Shown here: in pieces, positions 45,945 through 54,833 of the stretch
How positions within the stretch are numbered: the first letter of the stretch is position 1
How the letters are laid out: the number at the start of each line of letters is the position of its first letter
Virus record (IMG/VR): IMGVR_UViG_3300037751_000355
Span: 1-57,582 of that record
Reading direction: 5' to 3' (one strand)
Length of the DNA: 57,582 bases
Source of the DNA: a virus
Lineage: Duplodnaviria > Caudoviricetes
Notes under the pieces: generated by a model
Told to the model about the DNA's origin: nothing
The model's input: only the letters and a program-made list of their open reading frames with translations
The model's database searches: none
Program-made: the position numbers and the translations under genes

Positions 45945-45948
45945 CGGT

Positions 45949-46977
45949 TCACGCGTAAACCTCACGCATCTCCGACCACGAAGTCGTAGTCGCCTGCACC
46001 TCCGCAGGAATCACCAACGTCCTCCCCCCAACCTCGAAGGGAACCTCCATCTCTTCACGTACGAGTCGAGCGACTCGTGAAAGATCGCGCGGGGCACAGT
46101 CGAGGAGGATTTCGTCGTGGACGTTTTGGAGTAAACGCAAGGGCGAGGGGTCGTACTTCTCGTAAAGACGCCTAAGGGCTCCGTTAAGGGCCATCGCGTT
46201 TGCGCTTTGGGGTCCGTCCGCAATCGCCTCCCGAACGATCGCTTGGCGCGCCCCGTCCGTGTCGTCCCTCCCGAAGTACATCCGCTTCCGACCGAAAGGG
46301 TTTATCGTAAACTTATACGTGAGCGCTTGCTCGGCGATCTCACCCCACCACGCAACCGTCCGAGGAAAGCGCTCGCTCCAAATCGCTTCCATCTTTTTCG
46401 CCTTCGCCGCCGAGATCGAAACCCCATGCAAGTCGAAGTCGTCGTTCACACTCTTCTGAAGCGTCCTCCACCCAACTCGATACTGTCCGCTTAGGACTCC
46501 CACTTTCCCAAAGGAGTTCCTCCACGTCTTAGGAACCTCCTCCCACCTCGTCTCGTCGTCCCACTCCACGAGAGCCGCGAAGACGTTGTACTCGTCTACA
46601 CCCGAGGTTTGGAGTCGGATGCGGTCTTCATCTCCGGCGATATAGGCGCACCACCGAGCCTCCGCGCGAGAGTAGTCGGCGGCCACGAGTACACGGCCTG
46701 GGTGCGGAATGATCGCATCTCGCACTTTATACAACGAGTCTCCGAGGGCGGTTTTCTTGGGAAGGGTAGCAAGGTTATAGGATCCGGGATCAAAGAGCCA
46801 AGTAGACCCATGAGAAAATCGAGTCGTTTCCGTTCCGGCTGGATTTTGAAAGGAGTGAACCGCGCCATCACTCGCCGGAGCAATGCCCTCATAAATAGAC
46901 CTCATCTTCACGAGTTTTGTGAGTGTAAGGCTCGCTCCGATTAGAGAACGTGCGAGGGGAGCGTCTTCGCGCTTCAC
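45949..46977 (-). CDS. Family A DNA polymerase, polymerase domain (C-terminal half of a split gene)
   Basis: T.R.S, motif A ADYSRAEAR, motif B R....K.......Y, FGRKR, motif C VHDEI. Confidence 0.9.
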   Translation of the reverse strand: MKREDAPLARSLIGASLTLTKLVKMRSIYEGIAPASDGAVHSFQNPAGTETTRFSHGSTWLFDPGSYNLATLPKKTALGDSLYKVRDAIIPHPGRVLVAADYSRAEARWCAYIAGDEDRIRLQTSGVDEYNVFAALVEWDDETRWEEVPKTWRNSFGKVGVLSGQYRVGWRTLQKSVNDDFDLHGVSISAAKAKKMEAIWSERFPRTVAWWGEIAEQALTYKFTINPFGRKRMYFGRDDTDGARQAIVREAIADGPQSANAMALNGALRRLYEKYDPSPLRLLQNVHDEILLDCAPRDLSRVARLVREEMEVPFEVGGRTLVIPAEVQATTTSWSEMREVYA

Positions 46978-48593
46978 GTAGGAATCCCTCCCAAAAGCGC
47001 CTTAAGCGCCGCTTCGTCCGCCGTAGGTCGTCCGTCCTTCATCTTCTTAGGAAGCCTAAGCACATCGTAAAGGAGTGTCTTCATTTGTTCCGTGGAGTTC
47101 GCATTAAACGTCCATCGCGTCTCGCGAGGCGCCCCACAACACACATGACACACCGGAAGCAACTCTCGCGCAAGGTCTTCCTTGCTTCGTTTCGTCTTCT
47201 TGTCAAACTCTAGCTTGTCAAGCATCTCGGCTTTCGTCGGCGCCTTCTCGAACCCCGCGCACGCCCAACACGCGAATTGCTTATTCTTCCCGTGCCCACA
47301 ACAAGTGCACGTCGGATCAGTCTCTTCAAAGAGATGCCTCACTTCGAGGCGCTCCAACTCATCCGCCACGCGATCAAGCAAGGGCCTCACGACCTCAAAC
47401 GCTTCTCGCGACACCTCTTCCGCCCTCGCGGAAAGCGCCTCGACCCTTTCCCTCCGCAACCCATCGTCAACGTTAAGCCCTCGCGCGAGCATATCCACAC
47501 AAGGCCACATAAGACTCCGCTCGTGCTCATACACGTCTTCCGCCCCGACGTCCTCGACCGCCTTCATCACGTAATCCCACACATCGAGCGTAATCGCGCA
47601 GTCCTTCCCATTATAGACAAAGAACTCCTCCTCCGTCTCATAGTCTCCTTTCCACCACTTATCCATCGTCGTCAACGACGCTAAGAACGAGAGACTCTTC
47701 CTCGTGAAGCGGTGCTTCTTCCGATCCTCTTTCGCCCCCGCAAGCTCGGGGTAAGCACTGTGCCAAGCGATTTGGGCGTCGTCAACACGCGCCTGAAACT
47801 TCACCCCACACCGATGCTTCAGAACAAAGAGATCATAGATCCCATTCGCCCACACCGTCGTCACGCCTCGGCTTCCAAGAAGCTCCGAAGCTCGATCAAG
47901 ATATTGCGCAGGGAAGACGTACGCCTTTCCGCTTTCGCCAGCAAAGCCAATACATGCGAGTGAGGTGTCTGGCCTCGTCTCAATGTCTGAGCTAAGGACT
48001 CGAAAGCGTCTAAGATCGCTAAGAGCGCGTCGAGCGTCACGATCGCTTCCGATGATCTCGACGTTACGGGTCGGTCGTACACACCCATCTCGGGATATCC
48101 TTTGAGCTTTGAGAAGGTCTTGGGTTAGGAGGGCGCGCCAGGGACTCCACGCTCTCGCAATGCTTGCGGGGTGCGTCGCCGCCGCGACGGGCGCCCCTAC
48201 GAGAGAGTCGAATACATACCCTCGTCGGTTTTCGATATCGGTCGCCCTTCGGATGTCTCCCCGATGACCGAGCGCTCCCCCGACGCGGCCATCAGGCCAT
48301 TCCTCGACGAGAGCGTGGCACGCCTCGGCGCCTAACGCCACGATCACACGAGGTTTAAGGCGTCGAAGGCGTTCGTGGAGGGCGTCGACTCCTTCGGCGA
48401 TCCCGAAGCGTGAGGCGGCAGCGAAGAGCCCTCTCGGGGGAGTCTCTTGGAGGATCGTGAGGATCTCGACTCTATCTCGCGTGAGCCCCGCCTCCCGGAG
48501 CGAGTCGTTAAGAATCCGCTCCCACTCGTACGCGGATACCGAAGACTTCCCGACACGATGGAGTCCAGGGAAGTCCGCTACGAGAGCTAGCAC
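46974..48593 (-). CDS. Family A DNA polymerase N-terminal half: UDG-like domain, 3'-5' exonuclease and Cys-rich thumb insertion
   Basis: VIVALG.EA...THPA (UDG-like); DIET, ANGIYD, YNGKD (Exo I-III); CTCC/CWAC/CHVC; FNANS..Q...LLY. Confidence 0.85.
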   Translation of the reverse strand: MLALVADFPGLHRVGKSSVSAYEWERILNDSLREAGLTRDRVEILTILQETPPRGLFAAASRFGIAEGVDALHERLRRLKPRVIVALGAEACHALVEEWPDGRVGGALGHRGDIRRATDIENRRGYVFDSLVGAPVAAATHPASIARAWSPWRALLTQDLLKAQRISRDGCVRPTRNVEIIGSDRDARRALSDLRRFRVLSSDIETRPDTSLACIGFAGESGKAYVFPAQYLDRASELLGSRGVTTVWANGIYDLFVLKHRCGVKFQARVDDAQIAWHSAYPELAGAKEDRKKHRFTRKSLSFLASLTTMDKWWKGDYETEEEFFVYNGKDCAITLDVWDYVMKAVEDVGAEDVYEHERSLMWPCVDMLARGLNVDDGLRRERVEALSARAEEVSREAFEVVRPLLDRVADELERLEVRHLFEETDPTCTCCGHGKNKQFACWACAGFEKAPTKAEMLDKLEFDKKTKRSKEDLARELLPVCHVCCGAPRETRWTFNANSTEQMKTLLYDVLRLPKKMKDGRPTADEAALKALLGGIPT

Positions 48594-48961
48594 TCAGCGT
48601 CACACGCGTCACACATCGTAACCATCCAATGCCTGATTGTTCTAGGAACGCCGGGCTCTCCGCACGACTCACAAATCGTGAAAGACTTCTCCTCGATCTT
48701 CCCTATCTCCTCGTGCTCCACGACATCTGAGTAGTAGAAGCGGAGTCCTCCGAACTTCTCTTTCACTTGCCACACCGTGGCGCCATCTAGTAGGTGTCCG
48801 TACGCCTCAGCCACGAGATCCTTCCACCCGACTCCCACACACCGTTGGGCTTTCTTGAGTGTGTAAGGGCGCCCGTAGGGGTCCACGATGCGAGAGGGGA
48901 AGCCGAAGCGCTTAAGGATACGCTTACCCCAAATGTGTAAATACCACACGCCGGGGCTCAC
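48587..48961 (-). CDS. Conserved phage protein (QVKEKFGGLRFY family)
   Basis: GW..L, QVKEKFGGLRFY, CE.CG.PG...W..T.C..C. Confidence 0.75.
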   Translation of the reverse strand: MSPGVWYLHIWGKRILKRFGFPSRIVDPYGRPYTLKKAQRCVGVGWKDLVAEAYGHLLDGATVWQVKEKFGGLRFYYSDVVEHEEIGKIEEKSFTICESCGEPGVPRTIRHWMVTMCDACDAEC

Positions 48962-49149
48962 ACCATCCTCACTTGGTTTACATTCTCAACGAAAACATAC
49001 ACCGCGTCCCACGAGCCCTGGCAAACTTCGTCTTCGCACATCATCCACTGCCTCAGCCCAGGCTTTCCTTCAACCATAATATCTTCTGCCGTGTCGGGCG
49101 TGTCGATATCATTGCCCCCACAAAACGGACAGATTTCTGGATGATTCAT
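48958..49149 (-). CDS. Lar-like zinc-ribbon protein
   Basis: CPFCGG...C...C. Confidence 0.55.
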   Translation of the reverse strand: MNHPEICPFCGGNDIDTPDTAEDIMVEGKPGLRQWMMCEDEVCQGSWDAVYVFVENVNQVRMV

Positions 49150-49151
49150 TT

Positions 49152-50060
49152 TTACTCCTCCGAAAACTGTGCGGACGCAAGCCGCTCTTTATACCACTCA
49201 GGAAGTCCCAACGTCGTCCCCTTCAAGATTTGCTTCCTATAATACCCGTAAAGCATTTGAGCGATCTCATCCGCGCACTCCTCGTGCACATCCACTTGGA
49301 TCGCAGCGATCAGGGGTCCGATGTCTTGAGGAGCGTCTTGCAACTCCCCCACGTCCCGAAGTCTCTCGATCGCCTTCTCCCACCGACGCTCATGACAATA
49401 ACGCTCTTGGATTTGCGCAAGAATATCGTTCTTCGTCGTCGCCTTCCAGCCGGGATTCTTCGAGTGTTGCTCCTTGAACTCCTCCGTGACGTACTTCCCC
49501 ATCAACATCTTCCCATCACGCTCCCCAAAGCGCTCGTAGTTCTTGATAACGATCCCCTCCATCCGACCCCCGAGGAAGCTCAGATTCTTCGTGAGAGCCT
49601 TGAGGGAGTCGAGATCGGAGACTATTCCCCGGTAGAACTCCGGGGTCGCTTCACACCCAATTTCCTCGGCGGCTATCGCGAGGGCGTGCGGGGCGTCGAT
49701 CCGATCCTCGACTCCTCGGTCGATGTCGAAGAGCACCAGATTCCCTAAGGGGGCGCGTTCATACACGAGGGTATTATGGAGAGGGCCGCGCATCGCTTCC
49801 CCCCGATACACCCACCCGTCCACGAGAACCCCTCGCTCAAACGCTGCACGCGCCGTCGCGATGGTCCCCAGGAAGAGCGCATCGGGCGCGTCGGGGTCTA
49901 TCTGACGCCCACGACTCCTCGCGAAGAACTCCCCGTCGCGCACCCCAAAGCCGAATTGACTCCCATCGACCTTTTCTTGCACGACCACAGGACCATCGAA
50001 CAAGTCGCGTATCACGCGATGTCCGAGATTGTAAACCTTCGGGTAGCTAGGAAGCGTCAT
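49152..50060 (-). CDS. RNA ligase (Rnl2-like nucleotidyltransferase)
   Basis: YPKV, motif I EKVDGS, GE, FDI, motif IV EGIVIK, K...FKE. Confidence 0.85.
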   Translation of the reverse strand: MTLPSYPKVYNLGHRVIRDLFDGPVVVQEKVDGSQFGFGVRDGEFFARSRGRQIDPDAPDALFLGTIATARAAFERGVLVDGWVYRGEAMRGPLHNTLVYERAPLGNLVLFDIDRGVEDRIDAPHALAIAAEEIGCEATPEFYRGIVSDLDSLKALTKNLSFLGGRMEGIVIKNYERFGERDGKMLMGKYVTEEFKEQHSKNPGWKATTKNDILAQIQERYCHERRWEKAIERLRDVGELQDAPQDIGPLIAAIQVDVHEECADEIAQMLYGYYRKQILKGTTLGLPEWYKERLASAQFSEE

Positions 50061-50416
50061 CCTTCGTCCTCCGGCGGCAGCAGGGCCTCGATGCGGTCGG
50101 CCAGGGATGTGATCCAGGGGTTGTATTGATCCGGCGGTCCGTAGTCACCATGCCCGTGCGTCACCGTACTGCGAGCCATGGCACGGAGATGGTCCACGTC
50201 CTCCCTGGTGAACCCAAACGATTGCTCGTGGAGGCAGAGTGCAGCTAGTGCGTGGCGGTGACCACCCACGAGGCAGAACCCCGCGTCGTCTCCGAGTTCT
50301 ATCGTCGTGGCCCCGCCGTCGTCCATCATCACAATGCCGTAGCCCATGTCATACCGAGCGTACCCAGCCTCTCCCACCCACTCCTCCGCCGTCAACGCCC
50401 TTCTGATCTCACTCAT
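50057..50416 (-). CDS. Hypothetical protein
   Basis: GAGGAGG RBS; ends LADRIEALLPP, resembling the ADRIL linker. Confidence 0.6.
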   Translation of the reverse strand: MSEIRRALTAEEWVGEAGYARYDMGYGIVMMDDGGATTIELGDDAGFCLVGGHRHALAALCLHEQSFGFTREDVDHLRAMARSTVTHGHGDYGPPDQYNPWITSLADRIEALLPPEDEG

Positions 50417-50600
50417 CGTCGTCCTCCTCGAAAACGCTAGTCTCTTCACAATCCTCAATCTCCCCCGCCCGCTTCAAGTAGGAGCGACCTCCGTCAACCG
50501 CAATCGCTCCACACCCACACCAACGAAAATCGTGCCGATGAGTCGATTCGATCTCCTCCTCACACCTCCGACACCGGGCGGAATTGCGGATGATTTTCAT
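50409..50600 (-). CDS. Conserved small zinc-binding phage protein
   Basis: N.A.C..C...IES.HRHDF.WC.CG..AVDGG..Y. Confidence 0.7.
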   Translation of the reverse strand: MKIIRNSARCRRCEEEIESTHRHDFRWCGCGAIAVDGGRSYLKRAGEIEDCEETSVFEEDDDE

Positions 50601-50785
50601 CTCGTCCCTCCGCACCTTCTGCAAAATTCTGAGCCGTTGGTAGCGAGATCCCATCGGTGGTCGCACTCGGGATTGATGGGATGCCGGGAGATGACCTTAT
50701 CCGGCGCCGGACACGTCGAGCACTTCGCCATCCAGGGCGCGTAGACCGACCCACACGCAGGACAACGCCAGCCTTGTTGGGTCAT
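50597..50785 (-). CDS. Small zinc-finger protein
   Basis: GWRCPACG.V.AP...C..C. Confidence 0.6.
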   Translation of the reverse strand: MTQQGWRCPACGSVYAPWMAKCSTCPAPDKVISRHPINPECDHRWDLATNGSEFCRRCGGTR

Positions 50786-50810
50786 GTTCGTCTCCTGAGA
50801 AATGCGAGAG

Positions 50811-50888
50811 TGGAGGAGGCGGGATTTGCACCCGCGTCCCATCAGTTCGCCTTAGCGGTATCCTGATGGTCGACTCTATGTCTCCCCC
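50811..50888 (-). ncRNA. Minimal tmRNA (tRNA-like domain only)
   Basis: GGGGGAG/CTCCTCC-A acceptor with G3.U70; unpaired D-loop ending TCGA; helix CCATCAG/CTGATGG; GAC; T-arm GCGGG-TGCAAAT-CCCGC. Confidence 0.8.
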
Positions 50889-51005
50889 TTCCTGTTTCTC
50901 TAGCTTTGTTATGGCGTGTAACGTGGCAACCTCGACATAACGCTACTAGATTTTCGGGCTCGTTAGCACTTCGTTTTCACATTCTGCGCAGACTATGATT
51001 TCCAT
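50842..51005 (-). pseudogene. Degraded HNH endonuclease remnant
   Basis: MEIIVCAECENE start, then out-of-frame NEPENLVALCRGCHVTRH. Confidence 0.55.
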
Positions 51006-51115
51006 ATGTGGATTGCTCTCTAAGTCGACGTCGCCCCCGAGGGGGTGCGACCTCCTATCCGAACCTTCGGAGGGCGCAAGAGGAGGGGAGGGGTGTTCGG
51101 TCCTCATTCGGAGCT

Positions 51116-51679
51116 TTAGACGGCCTGGAAAATCTCCCGGACTCCAACCTCGACGCCCGACTTCTCCCCCGGGGCGTCGGTCTTCCGCACGTAACGGCGG
51201 TGCCACGTCACGACACCGAACGAGCGTCCGTCGTACTCACCGTTCCGGAGCGCCTCCAGGAAGCCATCCGTGATCGTCACGTACGTCTTGCCCTCGTACT
51301 CCACGTCCTCAGTCGCTCCCGCAGCCGTAGCGAGAAGAGCAAGAAGCGTAGCGCTCCGCTGCATCTGCCACGAGGCCTCCGGAATCGACTCCGCGATCGT
51401 CGTCGCTCCATCCCGAACCACGAGGTCCACGAAGAGCTTCTGATTCGTCGTCTCTCCCGTCTCGGGGTTGCGACCGCTCCCAAACTGAAGCGAGAGGATC
51501 TCCCCGTCCTCCGAAGCGTAACCCGTGTTCTTCCCCGCTGCGACGTTGGCCGCAACGAAATCCGGGAAGGGTCGCTCCCTCACGAGGTCGAGGTCGACGT
51601 ACCACGTCCCCTCGGGAAACTCCGAGGAGCGAGGCTTCGAAAAGTCCTCGACCGACGACTTGGGTACCATGATGGTCAT
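51116..51679 (-). CDS. Probable ssDNA-binding protein (DUF669-like)
   Basis: FPEG.W motif, beta-rich; AAGGAG RBS; near the Sak4-like ATPase. Confidence 0.5.
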   Translation of the reverse strand: MTIMVPKSSVEDFSKPRSSEFPEGTWYVDLDLVRERPFPDFVAANVAAGKNTGYASEDGEILSLQFGSGRNPETGETTNQKLFVDLVVRDGATTIAESIPEASWQMQRSATLLALLATAAGATEDVEYEGKTYVTITDGFLEALRNGEYDGRSFGVVTWHRRYVRKTDAPGEKSGVEVGVREIFQAV

Positions 51680-51713
51680 TTCTGATGCTACTCCTTTTGT
51701 TGGGAAAATGAAT

Positions 51714-52076
51714 CTAAACTAATCCAAGTTTAGAAGCAAGGGGTTGCCGCTTCGCTCCCGCGAGGGCGAACGCAATGCCTCCGGCGGGGAGTCGTAGGTA
51801 AGGGCGCTCGATTCTAGGAGCACCTCGCTCCTCGAAGGCCTTCCTCTCTTTTCGCGCCCGATAGATTGCGAGACGTTCCGAGAGGGGAATCGCGGGGGGC
51901 GTCGACATCGTCTTCTTCGTATACGTTCGCGCCTCCGAACGACACTCCTTACACCTATCGAGGTCGTCTGAGTCCACGAACGCCTTCCTTCCACCCCTAG
52001 ACGTCTTAGGGGTCGGGAACCACTCGGAAGGACGACGCTCTTGACACGCGGCGCAGCGACGTAAACGGCGGCTCAT
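51714..52076 (-). CDS. Hypothetical basic zinc-finger protein
   Basis: CAAC...F...CKEC. Confidence 0.55.
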   Translation of the reverse strand: MSRRLRRCAACQERRPSEWFPTPKTSRGGRKAFVDSDDLDRCKECRSEARTYTKKTMSTPPAIPLSERLAIYRARKERKAFEERGAPRIERPYLRLPAGGIAFALAGAKRQPLASKLGLV

Positions 52077-52384
52077 GGAAGCAACCCCCGCAACACCGCC
52101 GCCTCGGGCGCAATCATCGTGGGGATATGGTATAGAGTCACGATAAACGAAATCATCAAAGCTATGCCAACCGATGACACCACAAGAACCACAAGCTCAT
52201 CATCGAATCGTGGTCGCGCCCAACGCAATAAAACGAAAAACACAATCGTTAAAATAAGAGTTACGCTTGCAGCCGTCATAGCCACCGCCAACTCGTAACG
52301 CACCAACGCCTCCCACAAATGTGCCCCCGTAGCGCCAAAACGCGCCGCAAGCTCATCTAGGACATTCGCGATTTCTTGGCTCAT
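52073..52384 (-). CDS. Hypothetical membrane protein
   Basis: LA..FG.T..HLW..LV, two TM segments, PE motif. Confidence 0.65.
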   Translation of the reverse strand: MSQEIANVLDELAARFGATGAHLWEALVRYELAVAMTAASVTLILTIVFFVLLRWARPRFDDELVVLVVSSVGIALMISFIVTLYHIPTMIAPEAAVLRGLLP

Positions 52385-52761
52385 GCGGATATCTCCTTAC
52401 TCAGTATATTTCCCCGCTCGATAGAACGAACGACAACAGCACCACGCGTGGCCGCTTCCAACGAATCTCGCACCCACTTATCGTGCGCCTCCAAGATCGT
52501 GATACGACTAGCGCGCACCTGCGGCCCCTTGGCGGGCACGAAGGAGGCGTATGGGTGATTGGTTACCCACAACTTGTACGGCCCTAGGTATACGTGGTGT
52601 GGGTCTTCCTCGTTCGATAGGAAATAATAAACTGGCCTAAAAGAGTGTTCAATCAACGCCCCCTTCAAGAGAGTATCCCACCGCGCATCGAAAGGATAGT
52701 TAAGCATCCAGCAACTAGGCGTCATGAAAACCCGCCACGCGCCTTTGAGTTTCTTAAGCAT
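52381..52761 (-). CDS. Hypothetical protein
   Basis: WD..L...LWVTNHPYA motif. Confidence 0.6.
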   Translation of the reverse strand: MLKKLKGAWRVFMTPSCWMLNYPFDARWDTLLKGALIEHSFRPVYYFLSNEEDPHHVYLGPYKLWVTNHPYASFVPAKGPQVRASRITILEAHDKWVRDSLEAATRGAVVVRSIERGNILSKEISA

Positions 52762-53599
52762 TCGAAGCCTCCTCTATCACCCGAAAAAGATCCACAAGCG
52801 AATTCGGAATCTCAGCCTTCGCAAGTCTCGGAACGATCGCCGCCTTCGCGTGGCGTTCCGAATCCGCATTGAGTTGCACCACGTAGCGGGAGGTGCGTTC
52901 CATCTTCGACCCTACCTTCTCCAGAGCATGCACCACACTCGTAAACCCCACAACATCAAACTCCCCCGCGATCTCCCTCCGATACCCCCCTTCGATCATC
53001 GGAAGCGCCTCGCCCATAAACTCCACCCCTTGGGCGCGATGGTCTTGGGACTCCTTCGTCCCCCCACCCTGGTTCTTTGGAAGCTGCGAATCCTCCTTCA
53101 CGGGTTGCGCGTGAACGGTCACAAAAACGTGTTTCGGGCGAGCGAGGTCGGGAGACGCAAGCCCCGTGAGGGCCTGGGTGAAACCCTTTAGCTTGTACTT
53201 CAGGGCTCCATAAAACCCAATGGAGTCTCGGAGGTCGCGTGGAGTTTCGCACCTCTCCGGTGCGAGGAGTTCGTGCGCCGCGAGCATCACCGCATCGGTA
53301 AGAGGATCTAGAAGGACGGCGTCGTACGTTTCGTCCTCGTAGAGCGAGAGGACCTTCTCGAAGAGCTTCGTGAAGGCACCCGCCTCGTACCTAGCGATTG
53401 CGGGCGCCCATCCGTGGTCCCTATAGACCTCCGAAGGGACGTTGTGCTCACGATACTTGTAGGAGTTAACCTCCCTCGGCTTGGGGGCGAGGAGGATGGG
53501 TGTGAGGCCCGCCTCTGTCGCCGTCCCGAGGAGCCACGACTTCCCCGTCCCCGGAGGGCCGATGAAAAGTCCCGTTAAACCTCCGCGAAGGGCGCTCAT
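52754..53599 (-). CDS. AAA_24 (Sak4-like) recombination ATPase
   Basis: GPPGTGKS, VLLDPLT, H, FDVVG, AK motifs. Confidence 0.75.
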   Translation of the reverse strand: MSALRGGLTGLFIGPPGTGKSWLLGTATEAGLTPILLAPKPREVNSYKYREHNVPSEVYRDHGWAPAIARYEAGAFTKLFEKVLSLYEDETYDAVLLDPLTDAVMLAAHELLAPERCETPRDLRDSIGFYGALKYKLKGFTQALTGLASPDLARPKHVFVTVHAQPVKEDSQLPKNQGGGTKESQDHRAQGVEFMGEALPMIEGGYRREIAGEFDVVGFTSVVHALEKVGSKMERTSRYVVQLNADSERHAKAAIVPRLAKAEIPNSLVDLFRVIEEASNA

Positions 53600-53829
53600 T
53601 CCGGCCCCACTTGCACAAGGCCATAGTCATCCGTGTCGTACGGATCTCCTACCTCGTAAAACGCAAACACCTCAAGCCTCCCGGCAGATGTCTCACGAAT
53701 CCCCACGAGCGTCAAACCATGAGTGATGTCTTCAAGGACCATATATCCGTCCTCCTCCCTAAGCTGATACTCCACGACGTCAGTCTCTTTCTCGGCGAAA
53801 ACCTTAAGCTTCATCTCTCTTCCCTCCAT
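53596..53829 (-). CDS. Hypothetical protein
   Basis: Coupled ORF. Confidence 0.5.
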   Translation of the reverse strand: MEGREMKLKVFAEKETDVVEYQLREEDGYMVLEDITHGLTLVGIRETSAGRLEVFAFYEVGDPYDTDDYGLVQVGPE

Positions 53830-53838
53830 TCTGTGTCG

Positions 53839-54447
53839 TCATACAGCCTCCACTACTTCATCCGCTCCCACGATCGCGAGCGCCTGATCCGCATTGAGGA
53901 GCACCCTCCGCTCCCCCTCGACCTCAAGATCCGTCCCCGCATACAAGGAGTAAAGAATCCTCGCCCCTACGTAAAGGTCCTCGTCCTCCACATCTCTCCC
54001 AACGTCCACGATAACTCCCGTGACAGGCCTCTTCTCGCTCGTCTCGGGACGAATCACAACCCCTTTCTGCGTCGGAGCGTCCGGCCGCACCAAAAGCCTC
54101 GTTCCAAGTGTCTTCATAGTCTCCTCACGATTCCAAGGAATAACCCGCGCCACGAGTGCGGCGTGTAGAAGGTAACGCTCCCGCACCCGAGGGGCAACCT
54201 CCCCGTCAAATCTCTCCTCCTCTCCGATCTCGTAATCTAGGAAGATGCCTGAGTTCGGAGGAGTCACGAGGATGTCGCCTTCGTGAAGCGTCATTTTGAG
54301 GTGTTCTTCCGCCTCTTTCGACGAAACCGCAACCTCCCAAAGCGCCCTCGAATTATCTTGACGCCACGCGGGGGCAATCCAAATCCCCCTCGCCTTCTCA
54401 GGCTTCTCGTACTTGTGAGCAACGATCAATTCGTGTCTAAGGCGCAC
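53839..54447 (-). CDS. Tandem GroES (Cpn10)-like co-chaperonin
   Basis: Second domain MKTLGTRLLVRP...GVVIRP...GVIVDVG...VGARILY..YAGT is GroES-like; first domain is a degenerate GroES in the same frame. Confidence 0.75.
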   Translation of the reverse strand: MRLRHELIVAHKYEKPEKARGIWIAPAWRQDNSRALWEVAVSSKEAEEHLKMTLHEGDILVTPPNSGIFLDYEIGEEERFDGEVAPRVRERYLLHAALVARVIPWNREETMKTLGTRLLVRPDAPTQKGVVIRPETSEKRPVTGVIVDVGRDVEDEDLYVGARILYSLYAGTDLEVEGERRVLLNADQALAIVGADEVVEAV

Positions 54448-54599
54448 CGCGCATCTCCCGGAAGAGTTCTCTGAGGACAAAGTTTCCACCGCCGCTCCGT
54501 GCAAGGAGCCGATCCCCGTTCGGGAGGAACGCGATTTGCGCACGTTCGGCGTCAAAGCCTTCAAGGTCACCGAACGATTCCACATAAAGGCGTGCGGCG

Positions 54600-54833
54600 T
54601 TACCCGTGAAGAGTTTGAGTTTCGTTACCCACGAACCCAAAAAGACGTTGCGAAGACTCTCGAACCACAGCTTCGGCCACGTATGCCGACACTCCGGTTC
54701 TCCTAAGAACCTCCACACACTCCGCGAAGCGTTCGTCTTCGCGTGGGATTTGGATTAGAGGAACGCGAGCGATCCACCCGCCGTCGACCGAGACGTCTCC
54801 GAACCGCGTGGGAGAGACTTCTAGGAGTCTCAT
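54600..54833 (-). CDS. Hypothetical protein
   Basis: GAGGAGG RBS. Confidence 0.5.
   Translation of the reverse strand: MRLLEVSPTRFGDVSVDGGWIARVPLIQIPREDERFAECVEVLRRTGVSAYVAEAVVRESSQRLFGFVGNETQTLHG

Noticed and set aside
50811-51115. Full-length or two-piece permuted tmRNA
   Set aside because: The 5' and 3' acceptor halves are in standard order and only 78 nt apart, and no tag frame ending in an AA-stop is evident nearby.
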